Source: an uncultured Alphaproteobacteria bacterium
Lineage (GTDB): Bacteria > Pseudomonadota > Alphaproteobacteria > HIMB59 > GCA-002718135
Length of the DNA stretch: 64,000 nucleotides
Assembly: GCA_902596065.1 (NCBI GenBank)
Contig: CACJSL010000002.1
Span: 12,794-76,793, forward strand
Direction of reading: 5' to 3'
Below, one piece after another: positions 18,034 through 27,250 of the stretch. A program made the position numbers and the translations under genes. Within the stretch, counting starts at the first letter, position 1, and each line of letters begins with the position of its first letter. Below the pieces are notes generated by a model. The model ran no database searches. It saw only the letters and a list, made by a program, of their open reading frames with translations, and had not been told where the DNA came from.

Positions 18034-19398
18034 ATGTCTGAAAATTTTCAAAATTGGATTAAAGAGAATTCTATTACTGAGGTTGAGTGTTTAGTGCCTG
18101 ATTTAGGAGGTATTGCTAGAGGTAAAATTCTTCCTTCCAATAAATTTCTAAAAGGTATGGAGAATGACAGTCATAGATTGCCTCAATCAGTATTTATTCA
18201 AACAATTTCTGGGGGTTATGCGAATGAAGAAGAAGATCTCCCAAATGATGTCTACAACCCTACAGATATTGATGTCATTTTAAGGCCTGATTTTAATACA
18301 ATAAGAAATGTGCCATGGTATGAAGATCCTACAGCCCAAGTAATTTGTGATGCAGTGAATTTAAATGGCTCTACTGTAATAAACTCTAGTAGGAGTGTTC
18401 TTAAAAAAATAATTAAACAATTTAATGATTTAGGTTACCAACCAATAGTTTCGCCTGAAGTTGAATTTTATTTAGTAAAACCTAATCCAGACTCAGATTA
18501 TCCTCTAGAAGTTCCTATAGGGCAATCTGGAAGAGAAGAAAAAGGGAAACAAGCATTTGGAATTGATGCAGTTAATGAATTTGATAATCTATTTGAAGAT
18601 GTTTATAATTATTGTGAGCAACAAAATATAGAAATAGATACAATAAATCATGAAAGTGGTTCTGCCCAAATGGAAATTAATTTTCAACATGGGGATCCTT
18701 TAGAATTGGCGGACCAAGTATTTCTTTTTAAGAGAACTTTAAGACAAGCAGCTATTAAACATAAATTATATGCGACTTTTATGGCAAAGCCAATTGAGAA
18801 TCAACCTGGAAGCTCATTGCATTTACATCAATCATTGCTTAATGCCAAAAATAAAAAAAACGTTTTTTTTAATAATAAAAATACAATTTCTAATTTAATG
18901 AAAAATTATATTGGAGGATTGCAAGAATTCACCCCTAAATTAATGCCAATTCATGCTCCTAATATTAATTCATATAGACGTTTATTTGCTACTTGGGACG
19001 CTCCTAGAAATACAAACTGGGGCATAGGTAATAGATCATGTGGATTTCGAATTCCTTCAAATGAAGAATATAGTATGCGTATTGAAAATAGAATTTCTGG
19101 CTCTGATACCAACCCTTACTTAGTAATTGCTGCAAATCTAGCTGCTGGATATTTAGGAATTAAAAATAAAATTAAGCCATCTGCAGAAACCAAAAAAAGT
19201 GTATTTGGGCAAAAGCAAAGCTCATTACCTACAACAATGGAGGAAGCTATCTCCTTGTTTGAAAAAGATGAACAAATTAACGAAGTATTTAATCAAAAAT
19301 TTGTAAGAACTATAGCTGCAATTAGAAAAGTTGAAAATCAAGCATATCTTAAAGTTATTAGTTCTTGGGAGAGAGAATTTCTACTATTAAATGTCTAA
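18034..19398 (+). CDS. Glutamine synthetase-family gamma-glutamyl-amine ligase (PuuA/PauA/GmaS-like)
   Basis: 454 aa with a GS catalytic domain: EVEFYL, NHESGSAQMEINF, FMAKP...PGSSLHLHQSL, NRSCGFRIP, ENRISGSDTNPYL. Confidence 0.85.
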   Translation: MSENFQNWIKENSITEVECLVPDLGGIARGKILPSNKFLKGMENDSHRLPQSVFIQTISGGYANEEEDLPNDVYNPTDIDVILRPDFNTIRNVPWYEDPTAQVICDAVNLNGSTVINSSRSVLKKIIKQFNDLGYQPIVSPEVEFYLVKPNPDSDYPLEVPIGQSGREEKGKQAFGIDAVNEFDNLFEDVYNYCEQQNIEIDTINHESGSAQMEINFQHGDPLELADQVFLFKRTLRQAAIKHKLYATFMAKPIENQPGSSLHLHQSLLNAKNKKNVFFNNKNTISNLMKNYIGGLQEFTPKLMPIHAPNINSYRRLFATWDAPRNTNWGIGNRSCGFRIPSNEEYSMRIENRISGSDTNPYLVIAANLAAGYLGIKNKIKPSAETKKSVFGQKQSSLPTTMEEAISLFEKDEQINEVFNQKFVRTIAAIRKVENQAYLKVISSWEREFLLLNV

Positions 19399-20627
19399 GA
19401 TATAGAAATTTCTAAATGCTTTAAATACCAAGATTTAAATTTTTCTAGACCTTTTTCCATTTCAGATAAAGGACCTGGTACATATTTTTTTGACAGGACC
19501 CCTTTTTGATTATTTTCAATTATCTTTTTATCAGCAATAGTTGTCAAATCCCACATCCATGTCATTTCTTCTAAATTATAATCTTTGCCCTCCTCTGCAT
19601 CTTTGTGAACTAACCACATTAGTTCAACTTGTGTATGCAATGATGAAACAGGAATAAAGGTAAATAGTGTAGCAAAATCATTACACATAAGTAAACTATT
19701 AAAAGGTGAAGTTCCGACAGATGTATAACCACAATCATATTCTTTAAAATCTCCCATTAATTTTGAAACAGGTTTCCCAGATTTAGTTTCTGTAAACATT
19801 CCTTCTTTAAGTGGAGTTCTCTCGGCGCTTCTAGAATAATCATTAAATTCACTTTCAGAATATTCTCCAGTAACATGACCCATTTTTTTAACTTTTTCAT
19901 TCCAATTTTGTAAAATCTTATCAAATTTTTTTGATGAAGGGCCTGTATTACTTCCAGCTCCATAAGCAATGATATACTCTTTATCATGAACTTTACAATA
20001 TTCTGGATGTGCAGGTTGACAGTGATAACATTCATGAAAATTATCTAATGTAAGTTTCCAATTTCCATTTGTTGGATACATCTGCCTATGAGCAATTTTA
20101 GCATTAGATAAGCCATGTAATTTAATAAATTCTTTAGTAGGAGAAATAAATTCATTAAAATCATTTGGTTTATCTGACAAATTGATAAATATAAGTCCTT
20201 CAAAAATTTTTAAGTTACATTTATTTAAGGACCATTCTTCTTTGTTAAAATTATCATTCATCAACCTTGCAGACTTTATTGATCCATCTAAATTATAACT
20301 CCAAGCGTGGTAAGGACAAACTAATAATTTTTTATTTCCTGACTCTTCTAAACAAATATGTGAACCTCTATGTCGACAGACATTATAATGGGCATAAATT
20401 TTATTATCTTTATCACGAATAATTATTATTGATTCTTTCCCTATATTAAAAAGAAAGAAATCACCATATTTTGGAATTCTTGAGGTATGACCCACAAATA
20501 CCCATTGTTTAGAAAAAATATTTTTAATATCTAAATTAAAAATATAATCATCAACATAAAATTCTTGATCTAATGTGTAATTTGATTTCTGTTTCTTTAT
20601 TAAATTTTTTAAATTATCATTATTCAT
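19395..20627 (-). CDS. Rieske [2Fe-2S] non-heme-iron oxygenase, alpha subunit (GbcA/CntA/Stc2-like group)
   Basis: Rieske motif CRHRGSHIC...CPYHAW. Mononuclear-iron block NWKLTLDNFHECYHCQPAHP (E-x-Y-H-x4-H). I place the start at the ATG 20625-20627 (MNNDNL...); the track start 20663 is a TTG inside the palindrome. Confidence 0.85.
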   Translation of the reverse strand: MNNDNLKNLIKKQKSNYTLDQEFYVDDYIFNLDIKNIFSKQWVFVGHTSRIPKYGDFFLFNIGKESIIIIRDKDNKIYAHYNVCRHRGSHICLEESGNKKLLVCPYHAWSYNLDGSIKSARLMNDNFNKEEWSLNKCNLKIFEGLIFINLSDKPNDFNEFISPTKEFIKLHGLSNAKIAHRQMYPTNGNWKLTLDNFHECYHCQPAHPEYCKVHDKEYIIAYGAGSNTGPSSKKFDKILQNWNEKVKKMGHVTGEYSESEFNDYSRSAERTPLKEGMFTETKSGKPVSKLMGDFKEYDCGYTSVGTSPFNSLLMCNDFATLFTFIPVSSLHTQVELMWLVHKDAEEGKDYNLEEMTWMWDLTTIADKKIIENNQKGVLSKKYVPGPLSEMEKGLEKFKSWYLKHLEISIS

Positions 20628-20646
20628 TAATATACATATAATATTG

Positions 20647-20664
20647 ATTGAATATCCATTCAAT
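20647..20664. promoter_or_regulatory. Operator/promoter palindrome copy a: A-TTGAAT-atcc-ATTCAA-T
   Basis: Exact inverted repeat, core 20648-20663, centred in the 55-bp gap between the Rieske gene (ATG 20627, minus strand) and the FAD oxidoreductase (ATG 20683). It ends 19 nt before the + strand ATG; TATAAG lies at 20671-20676. Confidence 0.55.
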
Positions 20665-20682
20665 GAAATTTATAAGTATCTA

Positions 20683-22017
20683 ATGGCAGGTTTATACCAT
20701 CCGGATATATATAAATTTGAAAAACCTATAAATAGTTATTGGGAAACAACTGCTGATACAAAAAATCAATATAACAAATTGAAAGAAGATATTCATACAA
20801 ATATATTGGTTATTGGAGGTGGTTATACAGGCATATCTTGTGCTTTAAGTTTATCAAAAAAATATAATGAAGAAGTTGTCATAGTTGAAGCAGGTCATAT
20901 TGGTTGGGGATCCTCAGCGAGAAACGCAGGTTTTTGCTGTATACCTCCTGCGAAAATGTCCGTATCAAAAATGTTTAAGAAATATGGAAAAGAAGAAACT
21001 AAGAAATTTTTTCAAAATACAATTGAAGGATCAAATTTTACAAAAGATTTAATATCAGAATACAATATTGATTGTGACTTAACTGGAAATTGTAATTATG
21101 AAGTTGCCCCACATCCTGACTACTTTCAATCCATTAAAAAAGAAGCAGATGTGTATAAAAAAGAATTTGGAATAGAAACAGAAATATATTCTCAATCAGA
21201 ATTTAATGAAATAGGACATACAGGTGAAGAACAATTTGGGGCTTTTTCTTATAAACCTGGATTTGCAATTAATCCTTTAAAATTTTTACTTGGATTAGCT
21301 AAAGAAGCAAAAAAGTCTGGTGTTAAAATTTATCAAAAAAGCAAAGTTAGCAAAATAGAAAAAAAGAATGGAAAGTATAATATTATAATAAATGAAAACA
21401 AAATAACATCGAATAAAATAGTTATGGCCACTAATGGATTTTATAGAGATGACTTATTTCCAAAACTTAATAATAGAATACTTCCTGTAATATCTAATAT
21501 TATTATTACAAAACCACTTACAAATGATCAAATTATGGCTCACAATTTTGTTACACACAACCCTATCTTAAATAATAGAAATTTACTTTTTTATTATAGA
21601 TTATTAAAAGATAATCGTTTCTTATTTGGTGCTAGAGGTGATTTAGTTGGAAGTGAAGAGTCTTCTTTAATAAAATCAAAAAAAATGGAACAACAAATGA
21701 AAAAAGTTTTTCCTGAATGGAACAATGTTGAAATTGATTATCATTGGCGAGGTCTTGTGGCCGTAACTACAAAATTTACTCCTTCAATTGGAAAGTTAGA
21801 TGATGATGAAATTTACTATAGTTTTGGTTATCAAGCAAATGGGGTTAATACTGCCCCTTGGTCTGGTAGTAAACTTGCAAATTTAATTGTATCAAATAGT
21901 AAAGAACTTAATATTTCAAAATTTTATCAAGGATTACCAAAAAAGTTTCCTTTTCCAAAATTAAGACTATTTTATCTTAAGATGTATTTAGCATATCATT
22001 CATTAAGAGATAAATAA
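20683..22017 (+). CDS. DAO-family FAD-dependent oxidoreductase (second PuuB/PauB-like paralogue)
   Basis: NILVIGGGYTGISCAL dinucleotide fold of DAO type. I prefer the ATG at 20683 (MAGLYHPDIY...). The track TTG at 20644 would overlap the divergent gene and the palindrome. Confidence 0.8.
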   Translation: MAGLYHPDIYKFEKPINSYWETTADTKNQYNKLKEDIHTNILVIGGGYTGISCALSLSKKYNEEVVIVEAGHIGWGSSARNAGFCCIPPAKMSVSKMFKKYGKEETKKFFQNTIEGSNFTKDLISEYNIDCDLTGNCNYEVAPHPDYFQSIKKEADVYKKEFGIETEIYSQSEFNEIGHTGEEQFGAFSYKPGFAINPLKFLLGLAKEAKKSGVKIYQKSKVSKIEKKNGKYNIIINENKITSNKIVMATNGFYRDDLFPKLNNRILPVISNIIITKPLTNDQIMAHNFVTHNPILNNRNLLFYYRLLKDNRFLFGARGDLVGSEESSLIKSKKMEQQMKKVFPEWNNVEIDYHWRGLVAVTTKFTPSIGKLDDDEIYYSFGYQANGVNTAPWSGSKLANLIVSNSKELNISKFYQGLPKKFPFPKLRLFYLKMYLAYHSLRDK

Positions 22018-22050
22018 ACTTATGAAAATTACCAATTAGTTAATCTTATA

Positions 22051-23823
22051 ATGAAAACTTTTAAACCTTTATTATATTTAATGCCATATTTATGGCCTAA
22101 AAATAATAAAAATTTTAAAATAAGATTGATTTTAGCAATATGTTTTTTAATCTTTGCCAAATTAGCAAATGTTTCTGTGCCAATTTTTTTAGGGAAAGCC
22201 GTTGATTCATTAGATGGGCTTAATAAAAATTCTTTAATCATCTTTGTCCCTATAGTTTTTATTGCCGCTTATGGAATTGCAAGATTTTTGCATGTTGGTT
22301 TTGGTGAAATACGAGATGCTTTATTTGCAAGAATTGGACAAAATGCAATTAGAAGAGCTGCCTTAAAAGTATTTGAGCATCTTCATAATTTATCATTAAA
22401 ATTTCACTTAAATAGACAAACAGGAGCTTTAAGTAGAATTATAGACAGAGGAATAGGTGCAATAGATTTTATACTTCGCTTTGTAACATTTAATATTTTT
22501 CCAACATTATTAGAAATGATTTTAGTTTGTCTTATTCTTTTAAATTTATTTAGTTGGTATTTCTCAATTATTACTTTTTTTGTAATCCTTTTTTACATAT
22601 CTTTTACATTTATAGTGACAGAATGGAGAGTTCAAATTAGAAAAAAAATGAATGATGCTGATAATGTTAGAGGTCAAAAATCTATTGATAGTTTATTAAA
22701 TTATGAAACAGTAAAATACTTTAATAATGAAAATTTTGAATCTTCAAATTATGATAAATCTTTAGAAGAATATGAAAAATTTGCTATCAAAAGTGCAATA
22801 AGTTTAAATTTTTTAAATTTAGGACAAGCATTAATTATCACTATTGGAATAATTGTAATGATGGTCCTAACCGTATATGAAATTCAATCAAATAAAATGA
22901 GTATTGGTGATTTCATTATAGTCAATACCTATTTAATTCAATTATCTATTCCCTTAAACTTTATAGGTTTTGTATATTGGCAAATCAAACAATCTTTAGT
23001 TGATATGGAAAATATGTTTACTCTTTTAAATGAAAAAACAGAAATAACAGACAATATTCATGCAAAAGATTTAATAATTTCAGATGCATCAGTTACCTTT
23101 AAAAATGTTTCTTTTCATTATGATGAAAAAAGAAAAATTATTAAAGATATATCTTTTAAGATTTATCCTAATCAAACTGTCGCAATAGTGGGACCTACTG
23201 GTGCAGGAAAATCAACAATAAGTAAAATTTTTTTTAGATTTTTTGATCCTATCTCTGGGTCAATATTAATTGATAATCAAGATATAAGAAAAGTAACACA
23301 AAAATCTCTTCGCGAACAAATTGCTGTAGTACCTCAAGATACTGTCTTATTTAATGAAACTTTATTTTATAATATTTCTTATGGCAATCCAAATTCCTCT
23401 AAAGAAGAAATTGTTCAAGTTACAAAAATGGCAAAATTACATGACTTTATTGAGAACCTACCTGATGGATATAATACTATAGTTGGAGAAAGAGGTTTAA
23501 AACTTTCTGGTGGTGAAAAACAACGAGTTGCTATAGCAAGAGCCTTACTAAAAAAACCTAAAATTTTCTTTTTTGATGAAGCCACTTCTTCGTTAGATAC
23601 AAAAACAGAAAAAGAAATTCAAAATAATCTTGAACATTTATCAAAAAATATAACAACCATAATAATAGCTCATAGACTTTCTACTGTTAAAAATGCTGAT
23701 AATATAATTGTATTAGATAATGGAGAAATAGCTGAGACAGGAAATCACAGAAGATTATTAGAGCTTAATGGTTTATATTCAAACCTTTGGAAACAACAAG
23801 AAAAAAACTTTAAAGATAAGTAA
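22051..23823 (+). CDS. ATM1/HMT1-type ABC exporter (fused permease + ATPase)
   Basis: 590 aa with six N-terminal TMS, Walker A GPTGAGKST, signature LSGGEKQRVAIARAL and Walker B IFFFDEATS. Confidence 0.85.
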   Translation: MKTFKPLLYLMPYLWPKNNKNFKIRLILAICFLIFAKLANVSVPIFLGKAVDSLDGLNKNSLIIFVPIVFIAAYGIARFLHVGFGEIRDALFARIGQNAIRRAALKVFEHLHNLSLKFHLNRQTGALSRIIDRGIGAIDFILRFVTFNIFPTLLEMILVCLILLNLFSWYFSIITFFVILFYISFTFIVTEWRVQIRKKMNDADNVRGQKSIDSLLNYETVKYFNNENFESSNYDKSLEEYEKFAIKSAISLNFLNLGQALIITIGIIVMMVLTVYEIQSNKMSIGDFIIVNTYLIQLSIPLNFIGFVYWQIKQSLVDMENMFTLLNEKTEITDNIHAKDLIISDASVTFKNVSFHYDEKRKIIKDISFKIYPNQTVAIVGPTGAGKSTISKIFFRFFDPISGSILIDNQDIRKVTQKSLREQIAVVPQDTVLFNETLFYNISYGNPNSSKEEIVQVTKMAKLHDFIENLPDGYNTIVGERGLKLSGGEKQRVAIARALLKKPKIFFFDEATSSLDTKTEKEIQNNLEHLSKNITTIIIAHRLSTVKNADNIIVLDNGEIAETGNHRRLLELNGLYSNLWKQQEKNFKDK

Positions 23824-23856
23824 TGAAAAAAAAGATGATTTTTTTTTTAGAAAATG

Positions 23857-23867
23857 TACAAGTTGTA
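23857..23867. promoter_or_regulatory. Short palindrome TACAA-G-TTGTA upstream of aguA
   Basis: An 11-bp palindrome 18 nt upstream of the aguA ATG (23885). Low information content in AT-rich DNA. Confidence 0.15.
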
Positions 23868-23884
23868 AAGTTTCAAATAACTAA

Positions 23885-24928
23885 ATGAGCACACCTAAAG
23901 AAAAAAAATTTTACATGCCTCCTGAATGGCATCCACATACATGTTGTTGGATGCAATGGCCTTATAATAATCCTAAACATGATGGATATGGAACTGTTCC
24001 CTCTTGGTCTCATTTTGATTTTGACAAAGGTCGACTAGCATGGTCTAATGTGGCTAATTCTATTGCTAAATTTGAAAAAGTTAAAATGATTGTTCATCCT
24101 GATGAAATATCAAAAGCAAAGAAATTGTTAAATTCTGAAATTGAAATTATTCAACTAAAAATTGATGATTGTTGGGCAAGGGATAGTGGAGCTATTTTCT
24201 TATTAAATAAAGAAAATAAACTTGGTGGTATTGATTGGGAATTCAATGGATGGGGTAAATTTAAACCTTTTGACTCTGACAATAAAGTTGCGAAATTTAT
24301 GATAGAAAATTCATCAGCTACTTATTTTAAAAATAATATGATCTTAGAAGGAGGTTCTATTCATGTTGATGGAGAAGGAACACTTTTAACCACAGAACAA
24401 TGTTTGCTTAATAAAAATAGAAATCCACAATTATCTAAGGAAGAAATTGAAAAAAATTTAAAAGAATATCTAAATGTAAATAAAGTAATCTGGCTTAAGA
24501 GTGGCACTGACGAAGGAACGGATGGTCATGTTGATAATATTGCCTGTTTTGTAAAACCTGGAGTTGTTATGGCTTTATCCTGTAAAGATAAAAGTGATCC
24601 TTTTTTTGAAAAAATTAATGAAAATTTAGAAATATTAAAAACATCAACTGATAATAAGGGTAGATTAATAAATGTCATTGAATTAGAAATGTCTTATAAA
24701 AGACTTATACCAAATAATGATGAACCAAGTTCTTATATAAATTACTATATTGCAAACAATGGAATAGTAATGCCGAGTTTTGATGATCAAAAAGCAGATT
24801 TAAATGCTCAATCTATTATAGAATCAGTCTTTCCTGATAGGAAAATTATTGTTATTAATGGAATTGATATTTGTTTGGGCGGAGGTAATGTTCATTGTAT
24901 AACTCAACAACAACCTCTAAGTTCATAA
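23885..24928 (+). CDS. aguA: Agmatine deiminase
   Basis: 347 aa. FYMPPEWHPH..CWMQWP N-terminus, and C-terminal GGGNVHCITQQQP with the catalytic Cys. Confidence 0.9.
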   Translation: MSTPKEKKFYMPPEWHPHTCCWMQWPYNNPKHDGYGTVPSWSHFDFDKGRLAWSNVANSIAKFEKVKMIVHPDEISKAKKLLNSEIEIIQLKIDDCWARDSGAIFLLNKENKLGGIDWEFNGWGKFKPFDSDNKVAKFMIENSSATYFKNNMILEGGSIHVDGEGTLLTTEQCLLNKNRNPQLSKEEIEKNLKEYLNVNKVIWLKSGTDEGTDGHVDNIACFVKPGVVMALSCKDKSDPFFEKINENLEILKTSTDNKGRLINVIELEMSYKRLIPNNDEPSSYINYYIANNGIVMPSFDDQKADLNAQSIIESVFPDRKIIVINGIDICLGGGNVHCITQQQPLSS

Positions 24929-24947
24929 TAGATAAAGAGAGAAAAAT

Positions 24948-25817
24948 ATGAAAATCAAAGTTGCTGCAACTCAAATGTCTTGCACTTGGGAAATTGAAGA
25001 AAATATTTCAAAAGCAAAAAAACTTATTTATGAAGCAGCTAAAAAAGGTGCGAATATAATTTTACTTCAAGAATTATTTCAAACTCCATATTTTTGCATT
25101 CAATATGATGAAGAAATTTTTAAGTTAGCACAGACTTATGAAAATAATAATGTTCTAAAAGAAATGTCAAGTTTAGCAAAAGAATTAAATGTTGTGCTTC
25201 CAATTAGTTTTTTTGAAAAAGACAACAATGCATATTTTAATTCTATTGCAGTAATTAATTCAGATGGAAACATACTTGGTAAATATCGTAAATCTCACAT
25301 ACCTGACGGTGCTGGTTATTTAGAAAAATACTATTTTAATCCGGGCAATACTGGTTTTGAAGTATGGGATACAGCTTTTGGAAAAATTGGTATTGGTATC
25401 TGTTGGGATCAATGGTTTCCAGAAGCTGCAAGAATTATGGCACTTAAAGGAGCTGAAGTACTATTTTATCCTACAGCAATTGGTGATGAGTTAATGAGTG
25501 AATATGACAGCTCCGGAGCATGGCAAAGAGTTATGCAAGGTCATGCAGCTGCAAATATAATGCCAGTAGTGGCATCTAATAGAATTGGTTCTGAGTCAGT
25601 AAAAGGTCAAGTTAATGGATTTTATGGAAAGTCTTTTATTTGTGATCGATCAGGTAAAATTATTAAAGAAGCATCAAAAGAAAAAGAAGAAATTATTTTG
25701 GCAGACATAGATACTGAAGAAAATCATTTATTTAGAAGAAATTGGGGACTTTTTAGAGATAGAAGAACAGATTTGTATAAAGAGATATTAACTCTTGAAG
25801 GTAAAATTAAAGATTAA
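24948..25817 (+). CDS. aguB: N-carbamoylputrescine amidase (nitrilase superfamily)
   Basis: 289 aa with a Glu-Lys-Cys triad context: ILLQELF, YRKSHIP, GIGICWDQWFPE. It is adjacent to aguA. Confidence 0.9.
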   Translation: MKIKVAATQMSCTWEIEENISKAKKLIYEAAKKGANIILLQELFQTPYFCIQYDEEIFKLAQTYENNNVLKEMSSLAKELNVVLPISFFEKDNNAYFNSIAVINSDGNILGKYRKSHIPDGAGYLEKYYFNPGNTGFEVWDTAFGKIGIGICWDQWFPEAARIMALKGAEVLFYPTAIGDELMSEYDSSGAWQRVMQGHAAANIMPVVASNRIGSESVKGQVNGFYGKSFICDRSGKIIKEASKEKEEIILADIDTEENHLFRRNWGLFRDRRTDLYKEILTLEGKIKD

Positions 25818-27192
25818 GATACCATTTATATTCAATATCAGAAATTTCAGAACGAAAAGATTCGATTTCCTTTCTTTTTAAATCAGCATACATTGTTACA
25901 TATTCTTTTGAATAATAATCAATACAAAATTTTGAGTCTTCAAATAACCCAATAGCTTTTTCAATTGACTTGGGCATTTCAGGATCGGGGTCAGTGCAAG
26001 CATTATCAATTCTCAATTTTGTAGGAGATAGTTTATTTATAAGACCATAATGAATTCCAGATAAAATAGCCGAAAGAACTAAATAAGAATTAGCTTCAGC
26101 TCCTGCTACTCTATGTTCAATCCTTTTAGATTTTTCATCACTTCTTGGTATTCTAAAAGCTACTGATCTATTGTTGGGACCCCATGAATTATTTACAGGA
26201 ACAAATTGATCAGGCTCAAAACGTCTATAAGAATTTACATTAGAAGCAAAAATTAAAAAATTATCATATAATGTCTTTTGTAAACCACCAATTGCATAAT
26301 GTAATTGTTCACTTCCCTCATCTTTATCTCCAGAAAAAATATTTTGATTTTTTTCATCAAACAAACTTATATGAACATGCATACCACTGCCTGTTTGCTC
26401 AATAAATGGTTTAGAAATAAAACTTGCCTCATAATCATGTTTAATTGCAGTTTCCTTTATTACTCTTCTAAGCAAAGCAGAGTCATCTGCAGCTTTAAGA
26501 ATATCATTGGTATGATTTAAATTTATTTCAAATTGTCCTGGAGCAAATTCTGATGAGGCAGTTGATGCAGGAATATTTTGTATTTTACAAAATTCATTAA
26601 CATCTTCTAAAAAATCATAAAATTCATCTAATTCTCGCATTCCATAAACCTGAGTTCCTTCACTCTGTTTATTAGTTTCATTTGATATTGCTGGTTCTGG
26701 TTTTTCAGAAATATTTTTTCTTTTTTTAAAAAGATAAAATTCTAATTCAAAAGCAACTTTAAATTGTAAATTTAAATCTTCAATTCGACTTAAAACGCTA
26801 GCAAGTACATTTCTTGGATCTATAATAGAGCTATATCGTGAATCATCTTGAATTGTTATCAAAACTTGCCCTAAAGAATCTTTATGCCATGGCATTTTTT
26901 TTAAGGTTCCAGCTACGGGAAAATAAGTTGCATCTGGATCTCCATCAGTAAAACCTCTTCCAGCTGCATCAGGACAATAGCCAGTAACATCTAATAAAAA
27001 AGTAGAATAACAAAATTGAATTCCTGACTTAAAAAGTTTTTGAGCATCGTTAATAGGCAATCTTTTGCCTCTAATAACGCCTGATAAGTCGCTTAAAATA
27101 GCATCAATATATTTAATTTCAGGATTTTTTTCTTTAAAAGAATCAAATTCATCGATTGTTGCTAGTAAAACTTTGTTATTTTGAAAAGTCAT
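25807..27192 (-). CDS. Glutamine synthetase-family gamma-glutamyl-amine ligase (second PuuA/PauA-like paralogue)
   Basis: 461 aa with ELEFYLF, SSEFAPGQFEINL, GSGMHVHISL, NRSVAFRIP, EHRVAGAEANSYL. Confidence 0.85.
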   Translation of the reverse strand: MTFQNNKVLLATIDEFDSFKEKNPEIKYIDAILSDLSGVIRGKRLPINDAQKLFKSGIQFCYSTFLLDVTGYCPDAAGRGFTDGDPDATYFPVAGTLKKMPWHKDSLGQVLITIQDDSRYSSIIDPRNVLASVLSRIEDLNLQFKVAFELEFYLFKKRKNISEKPEPAISNETNKQSEGTQVYGMRELDEFYDFLEDVNEFCKIQNIPASTASSEFAPGQFEINLNHTNDILKAADDSALLRRVIKETAIKHDYEASFISKPFIEQTGSGMHVHISLFDEKNQNIFSGDKDEGSEQLHYAIGGLQKTLYDNFLIFASNVNSYRRFEPDQFVPVNNSWGPNNRSVAFRIPRSDEKSKRIEHRVAGAEANSYLVLSAILSGIHYGLINKLSPTKLRIDNACTDPDPEMPKSIEKAIGLFEDSKFCIDYYSKEYVTMYADLKRKEIESFRSEISDIEYKWYLNL

Positions 27193-27215
27193 ATATTTTT
27201 ATATGAAAAAATTAA

Positions 27216-27231
27216 TTGAATGTCTATTTAA
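27216..27231. promoter_or_regulatory. Operator/promoter palindrome copy d: TTGAAT-gtct-ATTtAA (one mismatch)
   Basis: It lies in the 58-bp gap between the GS-like gene (minus strand, ATG 27192) and the amidase (ATG 27251). Extended arms TTAATTGAAT / ATTTAATTAA match 9 of 10. It ends 19 nt before the amidase ATG. Confidence 0.42.
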
Positions 27232-27250
27232 TTAAACTAAAGTAATATCT

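Noticed and set aside
23826-23848. A8-GATGA-T10 after the ABC exporter, and A10-TTGA-T8 at 50486-50507, as terminators
   Set aside because: The stems would be pure A:U pairs with negligible stability. They are more likely homopolymer runs typical of AT-rich spacers.
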